Shown: positions 47,941 to 56,995, counted from the first letter of the stretch. The stretch is DNA of 64,000 bases from Planctomycetota bacterium (GCA_037439485.1 JBBIVY010000004.1:93-64092), one strand, 5' to 3'. Notes: generated by a model not told the origin, from the letters alone. Program-made: numbers and translations.

Positions 47941-49188
47941 GTGAACGAGCGGCCGCGGGTCGTCATTACGGGGTTGGGCGTCTTCACGTCTCTGGCGTCG
48001 AGCGTCCCTGCGTTCTGGGAGGCGCTCCTGGCGGGCAAGTCGGGCATCAGCCGGATCACCGGCTTCGACACCACCGACTACCCGACGCAGATCGCCGGCG
48101 AGGTGAAGGATTTCGACGCCGAGAAGCTCATCGACCCGCAGGTGGCCAAGCGCATGGACCGCTTCGCGCAGTTCGCCATGGTCGCCGCTCAGGAGGCCGT
48201 GCGCATCTCCGGGCTCGACTTCGACAAGGAGACGCGCGAGCGTTGCGGCGTCATCATCGGCTCCGGCATCGGAGGGCTCGGCGAGATCGAGGCGCAGCAC
48301 ATCCGCCTTCTCGAACGCGGTCCCCGGCGTGTCTCCCCGCTCATGATCCCCAAGCTTATGGCCAACGCCGCGGCGGCCCAGGTCTCCATCGTCTTCGGCC
48401 TCCGCGGGCCCAACTCCGCCACCGTCACCGCCTGCGCCTCCGCCGCTCACGCCATCGCCGACGCCGCCAGCGTCATCCGCCGCGGCGAGGCCGAAGTCAT
48501 GGTCACCGGCGGGGCCGAGGCGGCGATCAGCCCGTTGTCGCTGGCCGGCTTCTGCGCCCAGAAGGCGCTCTCCCGCCGCAACGACGCGCCCGAGAAGGCC
48601 TCGCGTCCGTTCGACCTCGGCCGCGACGGGTTCGTGATGGGCGAAGGGGCGGGCGTGCTTGTGCTGGAGACGCTGGAGCACGCGAAGGCCCGCGGCGCGC
48701 GCATCTACGCCGAGTATCTCGGCGCCGGCGCCAGCGCGGACGCGTATAACATCGTCGCCCCTCACGAGCAGGGCCTCGGCGCCACGCTTGCCATGGCCGC
48801 CGCGCTCAAGGACGCCCGCGTCAACACTTCCGACGTCGGCTACATCAACGCCCACGGCACCAGCACCCCGCTCGGCGACGAGACCGAGTGCGTGGCCATC
48901 CGCCAGGTCTTCGGCGACCTGACGCCGAAGATGCCGATCAGCGCGACGAAGTCCATGACCGGCCACCTTCTCGGCGCCTCCGCCGGCATCGAGGCCGTCG
49001 CCACGGTGCTGACGCTCGACACCGGCGTCATCCATCCGACGATCAACTACGAGACTCCCGACCCCCGCTGCCCCATCGACTGCGTCCCCAACGTCCCCCG
49101 CGAGGTCAAGGTCGATATCGCCATCTCCAACTCCTTCGGCTTCGGCGGCCACAACGCCACCGTCGTGCTCAAGAAGTTCATGGGCTGA
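47941..49188 (+). CDS. fabF: beta-ketoacyl-ACP synthase II
   Basis: GTG 47941 (VNERPRVVITGLG). ACASAAHAI active-site Cys, NAHGTSTPLGD, GHLLGASAG, NSFGFGGHN. Confidence 0.95.
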   Translation: MNERPRVVITGLGVFTSLASSVPAFWEALLAGKSGISRITGFDTTDYPTQIAGEVKDFDAEKLIDPQVAKRMDRFAQFAMVAAQEAVRISGLDFDKETRERCGVIIGSGIGGLGEIEAQHIRLLERGPRRVSPLMIPKLMANAAAAQVSIVFGLRGPNSATVTACASAAHAIADAASVIRRGEAEVMVTGGAEAAISPLSLAGFCAQKALSRRNDAPEKASRPFDLGRDGFVMGEGAGVLVLETLEHAKARGARIYAEYLGAGASADAYNIVAPHEQGLGATLAMAAALKDARVNTSDVGYINAHGTSTPLGDETECVAIRQVFGDLTPKMPISATKSMTGHLLGASAGIEAVATVLTLDTGVIHPTINYETPDPRCPIDCVPNVPREVKVDIAISNSFGFGGHNATVVLKKFMG

Positions 49189-49217
49189 GGCGGCGGGATT
49201 CCATCGGCAATTACGAA

Positions 49218-49242
49218 GGGCGAAGCTCAGGCGGCTTCGCCC
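49218..49242. terminator. bidirectional stem-loop between convergent fabF and queC
   Basis: GGGCGAAGCtcaggcgGCTTCGCCC followed by gatttcgttt. Confidence 0.55.
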
Positions 49243-49276
49243 GATTTCGTTTAACGGCCGCCTTTCCAGCGTGGCG

Positions 49277-49954
49277 TCACTTCTCGTAGGGAATCGGGTC
49301 CGGCACGCCCGCCTCTTTGAAGGCGCGCAGGCGGAGGAGGCAGGAATCGCAGCGGCCGCAGGCTTTGGACTGGCTCCTGTAGCAGCTCCAGGTGAGGTGG
49401 AGGGGGGCGCCGAGGGCGGAGCCTTTCCGCACGATCTCGGCCTTGCGCAGGTGGATGACGGGGGTGACGATGTCGATCTTCGACTCGGGTCGCGTGCCAA
49501 GCGTGACGGCTTTGCGGTAAGCGTCGAAGAAGCTCTCGCGGCAGTCGGGGTATCCGGAGGAATCCTCCTCGACGGCGCCGATGTAGACCGCGCGCGCGCC
49601 CAGCGTCTCGGCCCACGCCACCGCGGCGGCGAGGATGTTGGCGTTGCGGAAGGGGACATACGTCGGCGGAATCCCTTCGCGGCCGATCTTGCCTTCGGGC
49701 ACGTCGATCGATCTATCCGTGAGCGCCGAGCCGCCGATGTGCGAGAGGTGCCGCAGGTCGACGATGAGCCGCTTCGTTGCCTTGTAGAAATCCGCGATGC
49801 CCGCGAACGCCTTTGACTCGCGCGCCTCCGTCCGCTGGCCGTAGTTCACGTGCAGGAGCGCGAGTTCGTGCGTCTCGGCCGCGATGCCCGCGGTCACGCA
49901 GGAATCCATTCCGCCTGAAACGCAGACGACCGCGAGGGGTTTGTCGGCCTTCAT
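49277..49954 (-). CDS. queC: 7-cyano-7-deazaguanine synthase
   Basis: VVCVSGGMDS (PP-loop), and a C-terminal Cys cluster CYRSQSKACGRCDSCLLR. Confidence 0.93.
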   Translation of the reverse strand: MKADKPLAVVCVSGGMDSCVTAGIAAETHELALLHVNYGQRTEARESKAFAGIADFYKATKRLIVDLRHLSHIGGSALTDRSIDVPEGKIGREGIPPTYVPFRNANILAAAVAWAETLGARAVYIGAVEEDSSGYPDCRESFFDAYRKAVTLGTRPESKIDIVTPVIHLRKAEIVRKGSALGAPLHLTWSCYRSQSKACGRCDSCLLRLRAFKEAGVPDPIPYEK

Positions 49955-50592
49955 CGCTTGGTGTCCTGCCCCCAGATGAGTTTGTGAAGCTGGAACCCGA
50001 GTCGGACGGGAAGCTTGTCCGCGAGGATCCAGTCGGCGAGCGTTCCGAGGTCGAGCCGCCCGGCGACGGGGGTGAAGTGAATCGCATGGACGTGCTCGAA
50101 CTTGCGGTTCGACTTCAGCGTCTGCTTCGCCCAGTCATAGTCCGCGCGGTCGGCGATCACGAACTTTACCTCGTCGCGCCCCGCGAGGAAGTCGAGGTTT
50201 CTCGTCAGGTTTTTCGCGCTCATCCCGCTCGACGGGCACTTCACGTCCATCACCTTCACCACCTCGTCCGGCACGTTTCCGAGGTCGAGGGTGCCGTTGG
50301 TTTCGAGCATCACCGTGAAGTCGTCATCGACGAGCGCCCGCATGAGCGGAATCGCGCCCTCCTGGATCAGGGGCTCGCCGCCGGTGATCTCGACGTCTTC
50401 CAGGTCGATCTCGCGCACCTTCGCCAGGACCGCCTCGACGCTCATCGGCGTGCCGCCAACGAGGGCGTACGTCGTGTCGCACCACGCGCAGCGCAGGTTG
50501 CACCCCGCGAGCCTCACGAACGTGCACGGCTCGCCGACGTGCGTCGATTCGCCCTGGATCGACGCGAAGATCTCGTGGACCTTGAGTTCCAT
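49951..50592 (-). CDS. queE: 7-carboxy-7-deazaguanine synthase (radical SAM)
   Basis: EIFASIQGES, FVRLAGCNLRCAWCDT. ATGA overlap with queC. Confidence 0.92.
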   Translation of the reverse strand: MELKVHEIFASIQGESTHVGEPCTFVRLAGCNLRCAWCDTTYALVGGTPMSVEAVLAKVREIDLEDVEITGGEPLIQEGAIPLMRALVDDDFTVMLETNGTLDLGNVPDEVVKVMDVKCPSSGMSAKNLTRNLDFLAGRDEVKFVIADRADYDWAKQTLKSNRKFEHVHAIHFTPVAGRLDLGTLADWILADKLPVRLGFQLHKLIWGQDTKR

Positions 50593-50613
50593 GGCTGTTT
50601 CCCTCCCGTTAAC

Positions 50614-50669
50614 GTGGGACAGACATCCCTGTCTGTTCGGGCATGGACAGGCAGGAATGCCTGTCCCAC
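50614..50669. repeat. class A-variant doublet (GTGG/CCAC heads)
   Basis: Sequence: GTGGGACAGACatccCTGTCTG ... GGACAGGCaggaatGCCTGTCCCAC. Confidence 0.75.
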
Positions 50670-50672
50670 ATT

Positions 50673-52430
50673 CTACATCTGCTCGACGACGTCGATGCCG
50701 AGAAGGTCGAGGCCGAGCCGGATGACGGCGGCCGTGTGATCGCAGAGGCTCAGGCGGCTCCGGCGCGTCGGCTCATCGGGGGCCTGCAGCACCGGGCACT
50801 TATCATAAAATGCGCTGAAGCGTCCTGCAAGATCATAGAGGTAGGAGGCAATGAGGTTGGGACGGAGCTGCTCGCCCGTCGATTCCACGACTTCGCCGAA
50901 GGCGACGAGCGCCTTGGCGAGCTTCAGCTCCTCGGGCGTGTCGAGCCTGTAGGCCGTCCGTTCGCGGAGGAGTTCGACGGAATCGGGACCGCTCTTGCGG
51001 AAGATGCTCCGCACGCGGGCGTACATGTACTGCATGTAGGGCGCCGTGTTGCCCTGGAGCGCCAGCATCTTGTCCCACGAGAAGATGTAATCGCTCGTGC
51101 GGTTCTGCGAAAGGTCGGCGTATTTCAGCGCGCCGATGCCCACGACGCGCGCGATCCGGCGCTTCTCGTCGTCGGGCATCTCGGCGCTCCTCGCCTCGAC
51201 CACGGCCATCGCGCGCGACTCGGCCTCGTCCAGAAGCTCGCTCAGCCTCACGGTGCCGCCCGCGCGGGTGCGGAACGGACGTCCGTCTTCGCCGAGGACG
51301 CTGCCGAACCACGGGTGCTCGAACCGCACGTTCGAATAGCCCCACATCCGCGCGGCGTCGAAGAGCTGGTTGAAGTGGAGCTGCTGCCGGCCGTCGACGA
51401 CGTAGATCATCCAGTCGGCCTTCCAGCGGTCGACGCGATACCGGATCGTCGCGAGGTCGGTCGCGGCGTAGAGGAACGCTCCGTCGCTCTTGCGGACGAG
51501 AAACGGGGGCAGCTTCTCGCCCTCGTAGAAGATCGCGAGCGCCCCTTCACTCCGGCGTGCGATGCCCTTCGCTTCGAGGTCATTCGCGACGCCGGGGAGC
51601 ATCTCGTCGTAGAAGCTCTCGCCGAGCGTCACGTCGAAGGAGACGCCGAGCCGCTTGTAGGTCGCCTCGAGTTCGGGCAGCGAGACCCTCATCAGCCCCT
51701 GCCAGACGGCGCGGTTTCCGGCGTCGCCGGTGTGGAGCTTCACGACCTCCGCGCGCGCGGCCTCGGCGGTCGCGCTCGATTCGCCTTCGCTCTCGATCCG
51801 CTCGTTCACCTCGCGGTAGATCTTCTCGATGTCGTTGACGCCGAGCGTGTCGACCTTGTCCGCAAGGCCCTTCGTCTTGAGCCCGTGGATGATCATGCCG
51901 AACTGCGTGCCCCAGTCGCCGAGATGGTTGTCGCGGACGACCGTGTGCCCCAGCCGCTTGAGCACCCGGCTGATGGAGTCTCCGATGATCGTCGAGCGGA
52001 TGTGCCCGACGTGCATGGGCTTGGCGACGTTGGGGGCGGAGAAATCGACGACGACGGTGCGCGGCTTCGCGACGGGCTCTACGCCGAGGCGCGCGTCGGC
52101 ATGGCATTTGCCGGCGAGGGCCTCGACCCAGGATTTCTTCAGCGTCAGGTTGATGAAGCCGGGCCCGGCGATCTCGGCTTTCTCGACGACGTCCTGGAGC
52201 GTTCCGGAAGCCATGAGCGCGTCGAGGATCGTCTTGCCGATCTCGCGGGGATTCTTCTTCAGGGCCTTCGTCAGGCGCATCGCCGCGACGACGGTCAGGT
52301 CGCCGTGCTCTTCGCGCGGGATCTCAAGGGCGCACGCCTCGTCGAGCAACACGGAATCGGCGGGAACCCCGACCGGGCCTGCGAGCACGGCGCGTAGCGC
52401 CTCGTGGATGATGCGGCGGGTTTCGCTCAC
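50673..52430 (-). CDS. argS: arginine--tRNA ligase
   Basis: GTG start. SAPNVAKPMHVGHIRS (HIGH), and the DALR anticodon-binding C-terminal region. Confidence 0.95.
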   Translation of the reverse strand: MSETRRIIHEALRAVLAGPVGVPADSVLLDEACALEIPREEHGDLTVVAAMRLTKALKKNPREIGKTILDALMASGTLQDVVEKAEIAGPGFINLTLKKSWVEALAGKCHADARLGVEPVAKPRTVVVDFSAPNVAKPMHVGHIRSTIIGDSISRVLKRLGHTVVRDNHLGDWGTQFGMIIHGLKTKGLADKVDTLGVNDIEKIYREVNERIESEGESSATAEAARAEVVKLHTGDAGNRAVWQGLMRVSLPELEATYKRLGVSFDVTLGESFYDEMLPGVANDLEAKGIARRSEGALAIFYEGEKLPPFLVRKSDGAFLYAATDLATIRYRVDRWKADWMIYVVDGRQQLHFNQLFDAARMWGYSNVRFEHPWFGSVLGEDGRPFRTRAGGTVRLSELLDEAESRAMAVVEARSAEMPDDEKRRIARVVGIGALKYADLSQNRTSDYIFSWDKMLALQGNTAPYMQYMYARVRSIFRKSGPDSVELLRERTAYRLDTPEELKLAKALVAFGEVVESTGEQLRPNLIASYLYDLAGRFSAFYDKCPVLQAPDEPTRRSRLSLCDHTAAVIRLGLDLLGIDVVEQM

Positions 52431-52444
52431 GGTTGTTTTTTCTC

Positions 52445-52662
52445 GTAGGGGGCTCCCGACGCGTCGGGATGGCCCCGTTCTTCTTCCATGTTTCTATGTA
52501 GCTTAGGGCCTCGTGCCCGTGGGTAGCGGGCGCCCTCGTGGCCCCGCGCCGGTGGTCATGGACGCCCCACAAGGGGGCTCTTACCCACGCCCACGAGGGG
52601 CTAAGCTACAGGGAAAAAGGGCCGGACAAAGAAACGCGGGGGGACACCCAGGTCCCCCCTAC
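52445..52662. repeat. nested repeat: class A REPIN (52445-52490 / 52627-52662) interrupted by a second GTAG...CTAC long hairpin (52498-52609)
   Basis: Outer: GTAGGGGGC-TCCCGACgcGTCGGGA-TGGCCCCGTTCTTCTTC ... AAAGAAACGCGGGGGGACacccaGGTCCCCCCTAC. Inner: GTAGCTTAGGGCCTCGTGCCCGTGGGTA ... TACCCACGCCCACGAGGGGCTAAGCTAC. Confidence 0.8.
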
Positions 52663-52664
52663 AA

Positions 52665-53036
52665 CTAACGGCGAACCGCCTTCTTCCAGCGCACGCGGGG
52701 CGCATCGGCCCAGAGGTGTTCGAGGTCGTAGAAGGAGCGCGTCGTCTCGTCGAAGACGTGGACGACGACGTCGCCGAGGTCGATGAGCGCCCATCGGCCT
52801 TCCCTCGTGCCCTCGACGCCGAGCACCGGCACCTTGAGGCCCTTCATCGCGCGCGCGACCTCGTCGCCGATCGCGGAGACCTGCCGCGGGTTCGTGCCGT
52901 TGGCGATCACGAAGTAATCGGTCAGGACCATGAGGTCCGTCATCTTCAGCACGACGACGTTTTCAGCCTTCTTGTCGTCCGCGATGCGCGCGCACAGCTT
53001 CGCGATCTCGCGGGCTTCGTCTTTCTTGCGTGCGAT
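52665..53036 (-). CDS. rsfS: ribosome silencing factor RsfS (5' end uncertain; probable non-canonical ATC start)
   Basis: DYFVIANGTNPRQVSAIGDEV, ALIDLGDVVVHVF, YDLEHLW. The conserved N-terminal helix (AREIAKLCARIADDKKAENVVVL) lies upstream of the first GTG (52952). The only upstream candidate with a Shine-Dalgarno (GGAG, 7-nt spacer) is ATC 53036. Confidence 0.75.
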   Translation of the reverse strand: MARKKDEAREIAKLCARIADDKKAENVVVLKMTDLMVLTDYFVIANGTNPRQVSAIGDEVARAMKGLKVPVLGVEGTREGRWALIDLGDVVVHVFDETTRSFYDLEHLWADAPRVRWKKAVRR

Positions 53037-53057
53037 GGGAGTTCTCCAAACTGAAAA

Positions 53058-53090
53058 CCCTCCCCCGCAAGCGGCGGGGGAGGGTGAGTG
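53058..53090. repeat. class C-like hairpin CCCTCCCCCGCaagcGGCGGGGGAGGG + TGAGTG
   Basis: Read directly between the hppA stop and the rsfS start. Confidence 0.7.
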
Positions 53091-53127
53091 GCGCGGTCAA
53101 GTCACGATAGGCGAGGCATTCCCCGCC

Positions 53128-55404
53128 CTACTTGGCCTTCTCGGCCGGAACCGTGATCGCCGGGGGCTTCACGTCGGGCGTCGCCGGCGTCGCGGGCTTC
53201 GGGCCCGCGGCGATGAAGAGCGGACACATCACCAGCGTAATCGTGCTCAGCAGCTTCACCAGCACGTGCAGCGACGGGCCCGCCGTGTCCTTCAGCGGGT
53301 CGCCCACGGTGTCGCCCACCACCGCCGCGGCGTGCGCCGGGGTGTGCTTGCCGATGACGTTTCCGTTCTCGTCCTTGAGCTGCCCGTCCTCGATCATCTT
53401 CTTGGCATTGTCCCAGGCGCCGCCGCCGTTGTTCATGAACGCGGCGAGCATGATGCCGGCGATCGTGCCGACCATGAGGACCGCGGCGACGACCATCGCG
53501 GCGTCGAACTCCATGCCGGGCAGCGAAAGATACCGGAAGCCGACCCCGATCACAATCGGGGCCAGGACCGGCAGAAGGCCCGGAAGGATCATCTCGCGCA
53601 GTCCGGCGCGCGCGGTGATGTCGACGGCCTTAGCGTAGTCGGGCTTCGAGGTGCCCTTCATGATGCCCGGGTTCTCGCGGAACTGACGGCGGACCTCGTC
53701 GATGATCTTGCCGGCGGTGCGGCCGACGGCCTTGATCGCCCACGCGCTGAAGAGGAAGACGAGCATCACAGCCAAGAGCGCGCCGATGAACACTTCCACC
53801 CGCGCGAGGTTCACGTCGTTGGCCATGCCTTCCTTGCCGGTGCGGATGAGGCTGACGCGGTCGAGGTAGGCCTGGAACAAGAGGAACGCGGCGAGTCCCG
53901 CGCTCACCATCGCGTAGCCCTTCGTCAGGGCCTTCGTCGTGTTGCCGACGGCGTCGAGCCGGTCGGTGATCTTCCGCACCTCTTCGCCGGCGCCCGCCAT
54001 CTGGTTGATGCCGTTGGCGTTGTCGGTGATGGGGCCGAAGGTGTCCATCGCGAGGATGTAGGGACAGGTCATGAGCATGCCCATGGTGGCGACGGCGGTG
54101 CCGAACGCGCCCGCGCCGGGGACGCCGCTCATCACGCCCATCCAGTAGGAGCCGAGCAGCGCGCCGCCGATGACGAACGCGGTCGCGCAGGTGGTCTCGA
54201 AGCCGACGGCCATGCCGGAGATGATGTTCGTGGCCGAGCCGGTCTTGGAGGCCTCGGCGATCTCGCGCACGGGCTTGAAGCGCCACTCGGTGTAATACTG
54301 CGTCACGTAGACGATGACGACGCTGGCGACGATGCCGACGCACCCGGCGCCGAACAGCCACATCGACTTGGACAGCTCCAGGTGGCCGGAGACGTGCAGC
54401 ATCGAGTAGACCGTCACGAGCATGCCGACGACGGAAAGCGCGACCGCCACGAAGTAGCCGCGGTTCAGGGCGAGCATCGGGTTCTCATCGGTGTGGCCCT
54501 TGACGCTCATCAGCCCGACGATGCTCGCGATGAGTCCGAACGCGCGCACGACCAGCGGGAAGAGGATCCAGACCACGTTGCCGGTGACGGCGTAAACGGC
54601 CACGCCCAGGATCATCGCGCCGATGTTCTCGGCCGCCGTGCTTTCGAAGAGGTCGGCGCCGCGGCCCGCGCAGTCGCCGACGTTGTCGCCCACCAGGTCC
54701 GCGATGACGGCCGGGTTGCGCGGGTCGTCCTCGGGAATGCCCGACTCCACCTTGCCCACGATGTCCGCGCCCACGTCGGCGGCCTTCGTGTAGATTCCGC
54801 CGCCGAGCTGCGCGAAGAGCGCCACGAAGCTCGCGCCGAAGCCGAAGCCCACGATCAGGTGCGGCGCAATCCCGGGCCTCGTGTAGCCGCCGAACGCGAA
54901 GTAGATCGCCATCACGCCGATGAGGCTCAGCGCCACGATGAGGAAGCCCGCCACCGCGCCGCCGCGAAGGGCGACGGTGATGGCCTGGTGCAGGTTCTTC
55001 TGCGCGGCGCTCGCGCACCGCACGTTGCTCTTGACGGCGATATACATGCCGACGAAACCCGACACGCCCGAGCAGATGGCGCCGGCGAGGAACGCCACCG
55101 CGGTCATCCAGCCGACGTCGACGGCGGTCACCACGGCCGGCACGCCCTGGGCGTCCTTGTAATCGATCTGGCCGCCCAGCCACCCGACGAGGATGCCGAT
55201 GAGCGGGGCGAAGATGATGGAGAGGACGGCGATGGTGCCGTACTGGCGCTTGAGGAACGCCCAGGCCCCTTCGAAGATGATGCCGCCGATTTCGGCCATC
55301 TGCTTCGTGCCGGTGTCTCGGCTCATCACGTCCTTGATGAGATACAGCACGAACAACACCGCAATAGCGCCCGAAATGGGCACAACCCAGAAGATCCCTG
55401 GCAT
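53128..55404 (-). CDS. hppA: membrane-bound proton/sodium-translocating pyrophosphatase
   Basis: 758 aa, about 16 TM. GGGIYTKAADVGADIVGKVE, DNVGDCAGRGADLFES, GGAWDNAKK, VGDTVGDPLKDTAGPSL. Confidence 0.97.
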   Translation of the reverse strand: MPGIFWVVPISGAIAVLFVLYLIKDVMSRDTGTKQMAEIGGIIFEGAWAFLKRQYGTIAVLSIIFAPLIGILVGWLGGQIDYKDAQGVPAVVTAVDVGWMTAVAFLAGAICSGVSGFVGMYIAVKSNVRCASAAQKNLHQAITVALRGGAVAGFLIVALSLIGVMAIYFAFGGYTRPGIAPHLIVGFGFGASFVALFAQLGGGIYTKAADVGADIVGKVESGIPEDDPRNPAVIADLVGDNVGDCAGRGADLFESTAAENIGAMILGVAVYAVTGNVVWILFPLVVRAFGLIASIVGLMSVKGHTDENPMLALNRGYFVAVALSVVGMLVTVYSMLHVSGHLELSKSMWLFGAGCVGIVASVVIVYVTQYYTEWRFKPVREIAEASKTGSATNIISGMAVGFETTCATAFVIGGALLGSYWMGVMSGVPGAGAFGTAVATMGMLMTCPYILAMDTFGPITDNANGINQMAGAGEEVRKITDRLDAVGNTTKALTKGYAMVSAGLAAFLLFQAYLDRVSLIRTGKEGMANDVNLARVEVFIGALLAVMLVFLFSAWAIKAVGRTAGKIIDEVRRQFRENPGIMKGTSKPDYAKAVDITARAGLREMILPGLLPVLAPIVIGVGFRYLSLPGMEFDAAMVVAAVLMVGTIAGIMLAAFMNNGGGAWDNAKKMIEDGQLKDENGNVIGKHTPAHAAAVVGDTVGDPLKDTAGPSLHVLVKLLSTITLVMCPLFIAAGPKPATPATPDVKPPAITVPAEKAK

Positions 55405-55424
55405 ACTTGTCCCCCTCTTTCAAT

Positions 55425-55480
55425 GTAGCACAGGCATTCTTGCCTGTGATATTCACGTCAGACAGGAATGTCTGACCCAC
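55425..55480. repeat. class A-variant doublet
   Basis: Sequence: GTAGCACAGGCAttcttGCCTGTG ... GTCAGACAggaaTGTCTGACCCAC. Confidence 0.75.
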
Positions 55481-55574
55481 GTCGGACTATAGCGATTCCC
55501 CTCGCCAAAGTCAAGGTTTTCATGCCTTCGCGATGCCCATTCCGGGGCCATTTCAAAATGAAATGGCGCCTGTT

Positions 55575-55601
55575 GTAGGGGGGGCCTGTGTGCCCCCCTA
55601 C
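55575..55601. repeat. class A REP with both heads: GTAGGGGGGGCctgtgtGCCCCCCTAC
   Basis: Complete palindrome read directly. Confidence 0.8.
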
Positions 55602-55613
55602 AAAAAGAGGCAA

Positions 55614-56870
55614 TCAATCGTTTTCTCGTTGCCTTATGACGTCTTGGAGGGCTTTGATGCCTTTTGTGCACCTTATGAGGAGGTAGGCATAGTCGGAGGC
55701 GGAGCGGACGGCCTCGGGCGTGCGATCGAGTTCGGCCTTGGCCTGACGGAGGAGTTCGAGGGCGCGGGCGGGGCCGGTTTCGCGGGCGGACATCAGCGCG
55801 TCCACGTGGCGGACGATGCTCGACGGGATTCGCAGCCACGCGTCGTTGACCTTGAGGCGGAACATCTCGGCGATGTGCGGCTCGTCATGCCGGGCGCGTT
55901 GGGTCGCGAACTCCGAGAGCGCCCGGTCGAGCACGGCGCGCGCCCGCGCGATCGAGGAGTCGCTGAAATCGCCCTCTTCCAGCGCCTTCGTCACCTGCGC
56001 CGCGTATCCGTCGGCGACCGCCGACTCTACGCGCGCGGGGAAGGTGCGGTAGATATCGTCCTTCGGGTATTTCGCGATGAGCGCTGCCGCCTCGCGCCGG
56101 CAGTTGTCGAGATAGGGCTTGGCCTGGGTGAGAGTCTTGGGGGAAAAGTGGGGGCCCGATGTGTCGGGGCCCACAACGTTATTGTCGGCAGACAAGAATG
56201 TCTGCCCTACAAGAGAAGCACGGCGCAGAACCTGTTCGCCTCGGAGGAGGAGCGCCCAGAAGGGGCCGCCTTCGACGACCCTGGGGGCGAACGGGAACTC
56301 CGGCCCCCAGGAGAGCTTGCGGGAGCGGTCGAAGCAGCGGGCGGCCTCCTCGTAGTTGTTCACCTTGAGGTCGCGTTCGCAGGCCTCCTCGAAGTAGGGG
56401 TTCTGGGACATCTTGTCCTGGTAGATCCAGCCGAGGTAGAACCAGAGGTCGCCGGTCTGGGGGTTGAGGTCGATGCCCTTCCGGAGGAACTGCACGGCGT
56501 CGCGGATCCAGGGCCACTGCTCGCGCGGGTTCTCGAACTGCACGCTGACGTCGTAGGCGATGGCGGTGGCCCAGAACGACCAGACGGAGACGAACCGCGG
56601 CTGGATCTCGGTGATGAGCTCGACCATGCCGCGCTCTTCGACGTACTGCCGGCGCTCGTGGTAGGTGATGGCTTCGAGCCAGAGGACGTCGACGGCGACG
56701 CCGCGGAACCCGCCGAGGAGGACGACGGACGCCGCGCCCACCGGCGGCAGATCGGCGAGTTGCGCCGGGGTGAGCCCCGCCTCGGTCCGCGCGGCGATCA
56801 GCTTCTCTCGCGCCGCGGCGGCGGCGAGGAGGAGGGCGGCGATGAGCGTCAAACTCCAAATCCCAATCAT
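55614..56870 (-). CDS. hypothetical membrane-anchored helical-repeat protein (partner of the ABC-2 exporter)
   Basis: ORF 55614..56960. ATG 56870 (MIGIWSLTLIAALLLAAAAA) is provisional. Complex non-repetitive composition on both sides of an in-frame REP. No family recognised. Confidence 0.6.
   Translation of the reverse strand: MIGIWSLTLIAALLLAAAAAREKLIAARTEAGLTPAQLADLPPVGAASVVLLGGFRGVAVDVLWLEAITYHERRQYVEERGMVELITEIQPRFVSVWSFWATAIAYDVSVQFENPREQWPWIRDAVQFLRKGIDLNPQTGDLWFYLGWIYQDKMSQNPYFEEACERDLKVNNYEEAARCFDRSRKLSWGPEFPFAPRVVEGGPFWALLLRGEQVLRRASLVGQTFLSADNNVVGPDTSGPHFSPKTLTQAKPYLDNCRREAAALIAKYPKDDIYRTFPARVESAVADGYAAQVTKALEEGDFSDSSIARARAVLDRALSEFATQRARHDEPHIAEMFRLKVNDAWLRIPSSIVRHVDALMSARETGPARALELLRQAKAELDRTPEAVRSASDYAYLLIRCTKGIKALQDVIRQREND
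56187..56209. repeat. class A-variant REP lying in-frame inside a CDS
   Basis: Minus strand reads GTAGGGCAGACattcttGTCTGCC and is translated as LVGQTFLSA within ORF 55614..56960. Confidence 0.75.
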
Positions 56871-56990
56871 CAAATTCCAATCAAACTTCAAATTCCAAAC
56901 TCCAAGTCCCCCTCCGCCGCGTGGCGAGATCCCCTTGGAATTTGGCGTTTGGGAATTCATTGGAATTTGGTCCTTGGAATTTGGGATTTG
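56849..56990. repeat. class B low-complexity-armed hairpin (unit about CCAAATT/TCCAAAC)
   Basis: About 60-nt arms: tcaaactccaaatcccaatcatcaaattccaatcaaacttcaaattccaaactccaag and cttggaatttggcgtttgggaattcattggaatttggtccttggaatttgggatttg. Confidence 0.8.
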
Positions 56991-56995
56991 TGTTT

